The position numbers and the translations under genes were made by a program. Below are positions 60,983 to 64,000 of a DNA stretch of 64,000 bases, in pieces. Origin of the DNA: Auanema rhodensis (lineage: Eukaryota > Animalia > Nematoda); contig OZ059899.1 in assembly GCA_964057225.1 (NCBI GenBank), positions 5,642,001-5,706,000 of the forward strand, in the 5' to 3' direction. A model generated the notes under the pieces. That model did not search any database and was not told the origin of the DNA. It saw only the letters and a program-made list of their open reading frames with translations. Position 1 is the stretch's first letter, and each line of letters begins with the position of its first letter.

Positions 60983-63549
60983 TTACAAATTGAATAAGTT
61001 GGATAGAAAATTATAAAACTACGTAGAAAAGGAAAGAGAATATAACCGTTTAACTGAAAAAAATGATAATAAAACACTATAGAAAGAAGAAGCACATGCT
61101 GTTGCATGTTGCCAAAAACGAAAATGAGTATGTAGTCAGTTTGAAGATGAGAAGACTACTCAGATACAAAATAACAAAAAAAAAATAAAGGTCCCACACT
61201 AAAGTCATAGGAAAAGTTTTTACACTCAAATTTCCAGCACATATAATCATATTAAACTTCATTGACTAAAGTGAAGGTCTCGTTTCTCATTAACCGGATG
61301 AACAATATGCTTTTCATCCCTGAAGTCACTCCCTATACTCGGGTCATCTCTTTGCTCTCAGCATCAATACACACTCGAGTACAAGAAAATGAAGTCAGAT
61401 GAGAAGAAACATTAGATAGGAATAAAAAAAGTAAGAACATAGTCATATTACACAGCGCTTATTAACTTGCGGGTATCCATTAGGGGTAGGCGTCTGTTCG
61501 CAACAAGTTAGTCTTCATCTAGTGAAACTTAAGATCAGAAAATCGAAGAAACGCTATATAGCAAAGGCTAACTACTGATTAATATTTTAATGTTCCCCAA
61601 AACTTAAAACTTCAATCAAAGTTAGAAACTAGAGAAATATGGAAATTAATTCACTTGACTTAAATTAAATAATTCTGGTGAAAACTATAATAGAAACAGG
61701 ATCGACAAGAAGAGGTGGAAATTAACTCGCCTTCTATTCAAGAGCTACTACTGAGCTCAGAACTGGCAGCTAGCTTTCAACAGCTCTCACTGCCTGCTTG
61801 TGGAACTGCTGCTTCAACCACCCACATTTATGAAAGCAGAACAAGAGCATATAGAGAAAGCGGACATATACGTGATAATAAAACCAACTAAAGACGAAAG
61901 AACTGTTCTGCATTTGGAATAATAAAATTGGGTGACAACAGCCATATTATATATTGAATATGTAGTTAGTTTTTTTACGGTGTTGAAAGAACAACCATTA
62001 AATAAAGCTTAAATGTGTAGAACTAAGCAAAGATTAATAATTTTCAGAAACCAAAAAGGCAATTTAAAGTCAACCAGAGCAATTAGAGAGCCCATCATAG
62101 AAAGCTAGAACTGAACAATAAGCCGGGAAGAAGTGTTGAATCCGGAAAAATCGTATAAAATGCCCGCGAGCAGTAGAAGCTGACGCGATCATACGTCAGA
62201 AAAATTTAGAGGACATAACGAAAAAGTAAGGGAGTTATCAATTCTTGGTCACCACGAATATATTATCAAAATCAAAAAAGGAAATGCGTCGACTAGGCAG
62301 ATCAATATGAGAAGTGAAGCGAAGCAATGTAGTATAATTTAACTAAGTTAGAAAAAGAAACATGAGAAAATCTGCGAGAAAACAAGGAAAAATGTTGTAG
62401 TTCAATATAACGTCAGTTTCAGTTTAGACATCAATACTGATGAAACGCAACCGTGCTCGTACTTTATAATGCAAGAAATAAAATGGATTGCAACCGCACA
62501 TAAAATGAGATAAAGAGAGATGAAGCATGGCCTCTATTCACGTTTACACGTGAAGCACATCTACAAAATCGAAACAAATATTTGCAATATTAGACGAATA
62601 TTAAAATGTATTATGAAGAATGAGCTACAGATACTGATTTAGATGTGGTCTCGAGCTTGAGATAAACAGATGTTTCGATGTAAACAGAAGAAAATTCAAC
62701 CAGCACACCATACGTCCATTGCTGAACATGGGAGTGCGAATAGTGAAAGAAAAGGGAGGGAGAGGAAGGATGAGAATGAGTAGAATAAGGGAAGAGGAAA
62801 AAGTTGAGATAGATTGCGAGAGCGAGAGTAATTGAGATGTCCTTTCCTAATCAAACAGTAGCTAAAACACGTGAGCTGACATCAAGAACATGTATATCAC
62901 TTGTAAAATAGTCACAGCTGGCCGTTCTATCTTTGATGCATGAGAATTATTTCTTAATCGAAGTAACACAACGGTCAGTGTAAAGTGAATCTCGGAAATA
63001 TTTGTCAATAGTTAAATAACATAGAAACAGCTGCAATGAAAATCCAAGAAATTTTGAATTCAGTCCGGAAGGAGTACAATATCAAATAGGTCAACAAAAA
63101 AATGAAAACGTTAATTTCTTAATCCGTTTTTGTGTATGTTTGCTTAGGATGCTATACATAAAAATATGTTTTGTTAAAGTCGTCTCATATATTTTGGCGT
63201 GTTTTGTGAAATATGAATAAAACGTGAAAATGTAATGCTAAGCCTAGTATTTAGCTATTCCGTTGATCTGGCATACTATGTTAAATAAGGCTGAACAAGT
63301 AGAATTAACAAGTAAAGATCATTTAAAACTTCGTTTCCAAGGTAATACTGACAGTTTTATTGATGAGCAATATGAAATTTGAATACAGAAAACATTTTTA
63401 GAAAACTATAGCAACATTTACTTAGATACTATAAAAAACTATAATGAAAATGCTTGATGAAAAAAAAGAGCATTAGCTTAAAATCAGCAAAATCCTTTTG
63501 CCGGTCAAACCAATTTTCAGGAGGAAAACGTATTGAAGGAAGAAGATAT

Positions 63550-64000
63550 GCCAATCGTCATTTTTTAGCCTTTCTGCCCTATTAGGTGGCAGGGGAATAG
63601 CTATGGAAGAGGACAGAGTTGCGGACATATCAGATTATAGGCTACATCAATGAACCAATACACCCCTGGACCCAATACCACGATTGCTCTAAATGAGGAC
63701 TACGAATTCACATAGCGAAAATCTTTATTTGACATCGTTTTCTTTGAGGGCTAAATGACTAGTGTGATGGGATGTTGCAACAATGTATAAACATAAGGAA
63801 AATGAAGAAGCATGAGCAAAAGTAGAAAGAGGACATATGCAAAATCGCAGGAAGGCCTTAGGGAATCAGAAAATAAATGGCAGGTTGCCCTCGGGGCAGT
63901 TATCTATTCCGGGTTTCGCATTGGGAAAAGCGAAAAGGCAACACGCGTAATAAGGTATCATGGACATTAAGTCAGCAGCAGAACAAAGCCGTAGATGGGA
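63550..64000 (-). mobile_element. Possible highly decayed non-LTR (RTE/CR1-like) reverse-transcriptase fragment
   Basis: GC-elevated. Minus-strand fragments FPNAKPGIDN, CNIPSH* and TSHLALKEND loosely follow the LINE RT order K.PG.D / IPSQW / TVLLYKKGD, but are broken by stops and frameshifts. Confidence 0.2.

Noticed and set aside
1-64000. CRISPR arrays, SL/snRNA genes, telomeric repeats, intact transposons, bacterial HGT genes
   Set aside because: None seen. All genes are intron-rich with nematode-type family signatures.

Overview
AT-rich nematode genomic DNA (rhabditid-like), with many 40-55 nt introns and TTTCAG/TTTAG acceptors plus an unusually high share of AAG acceptors. There are no prokaryotic features, rRNA, tRNA or CRISPR arrays. 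Manual splicing gives 13 intact multi-exon genes. In order: class A peptide GPCR (+); secreted FAR-like helical protein (-); IRS adaptor ist-1 (-); Staufen stau-1 (+); calponin-repeat protein (-); nAChR alpha subunit acr-8 (-) with a complete cuticle collagen gene nested antisense in its intron 2 (+); a probable two-gene operon of a TMEM126-like gene and a C2H2/WRKY-like protein that looks derived from a Mutator transposase (+); a 4CL/luciferase-like acyl-CoA synthetase (-); an otopetrin proton channel (+); an OATP/SLCO transporter (+); and a GnRH-receptor-like GPCR (-). The most interesting points are the nested collagen with its own RORE/GATA/TATA promoter, the duplicated domesticated MULE DNA-binding module, three HxY[EV]N[LM] motifs in the OATP tail, a GPCR with no NPxxY or C-tail, and a pre-miRNA-like intronic hairpin. 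Exon boundaries were inferred by eye and orthology is from recalled motifs; no database searches were run.
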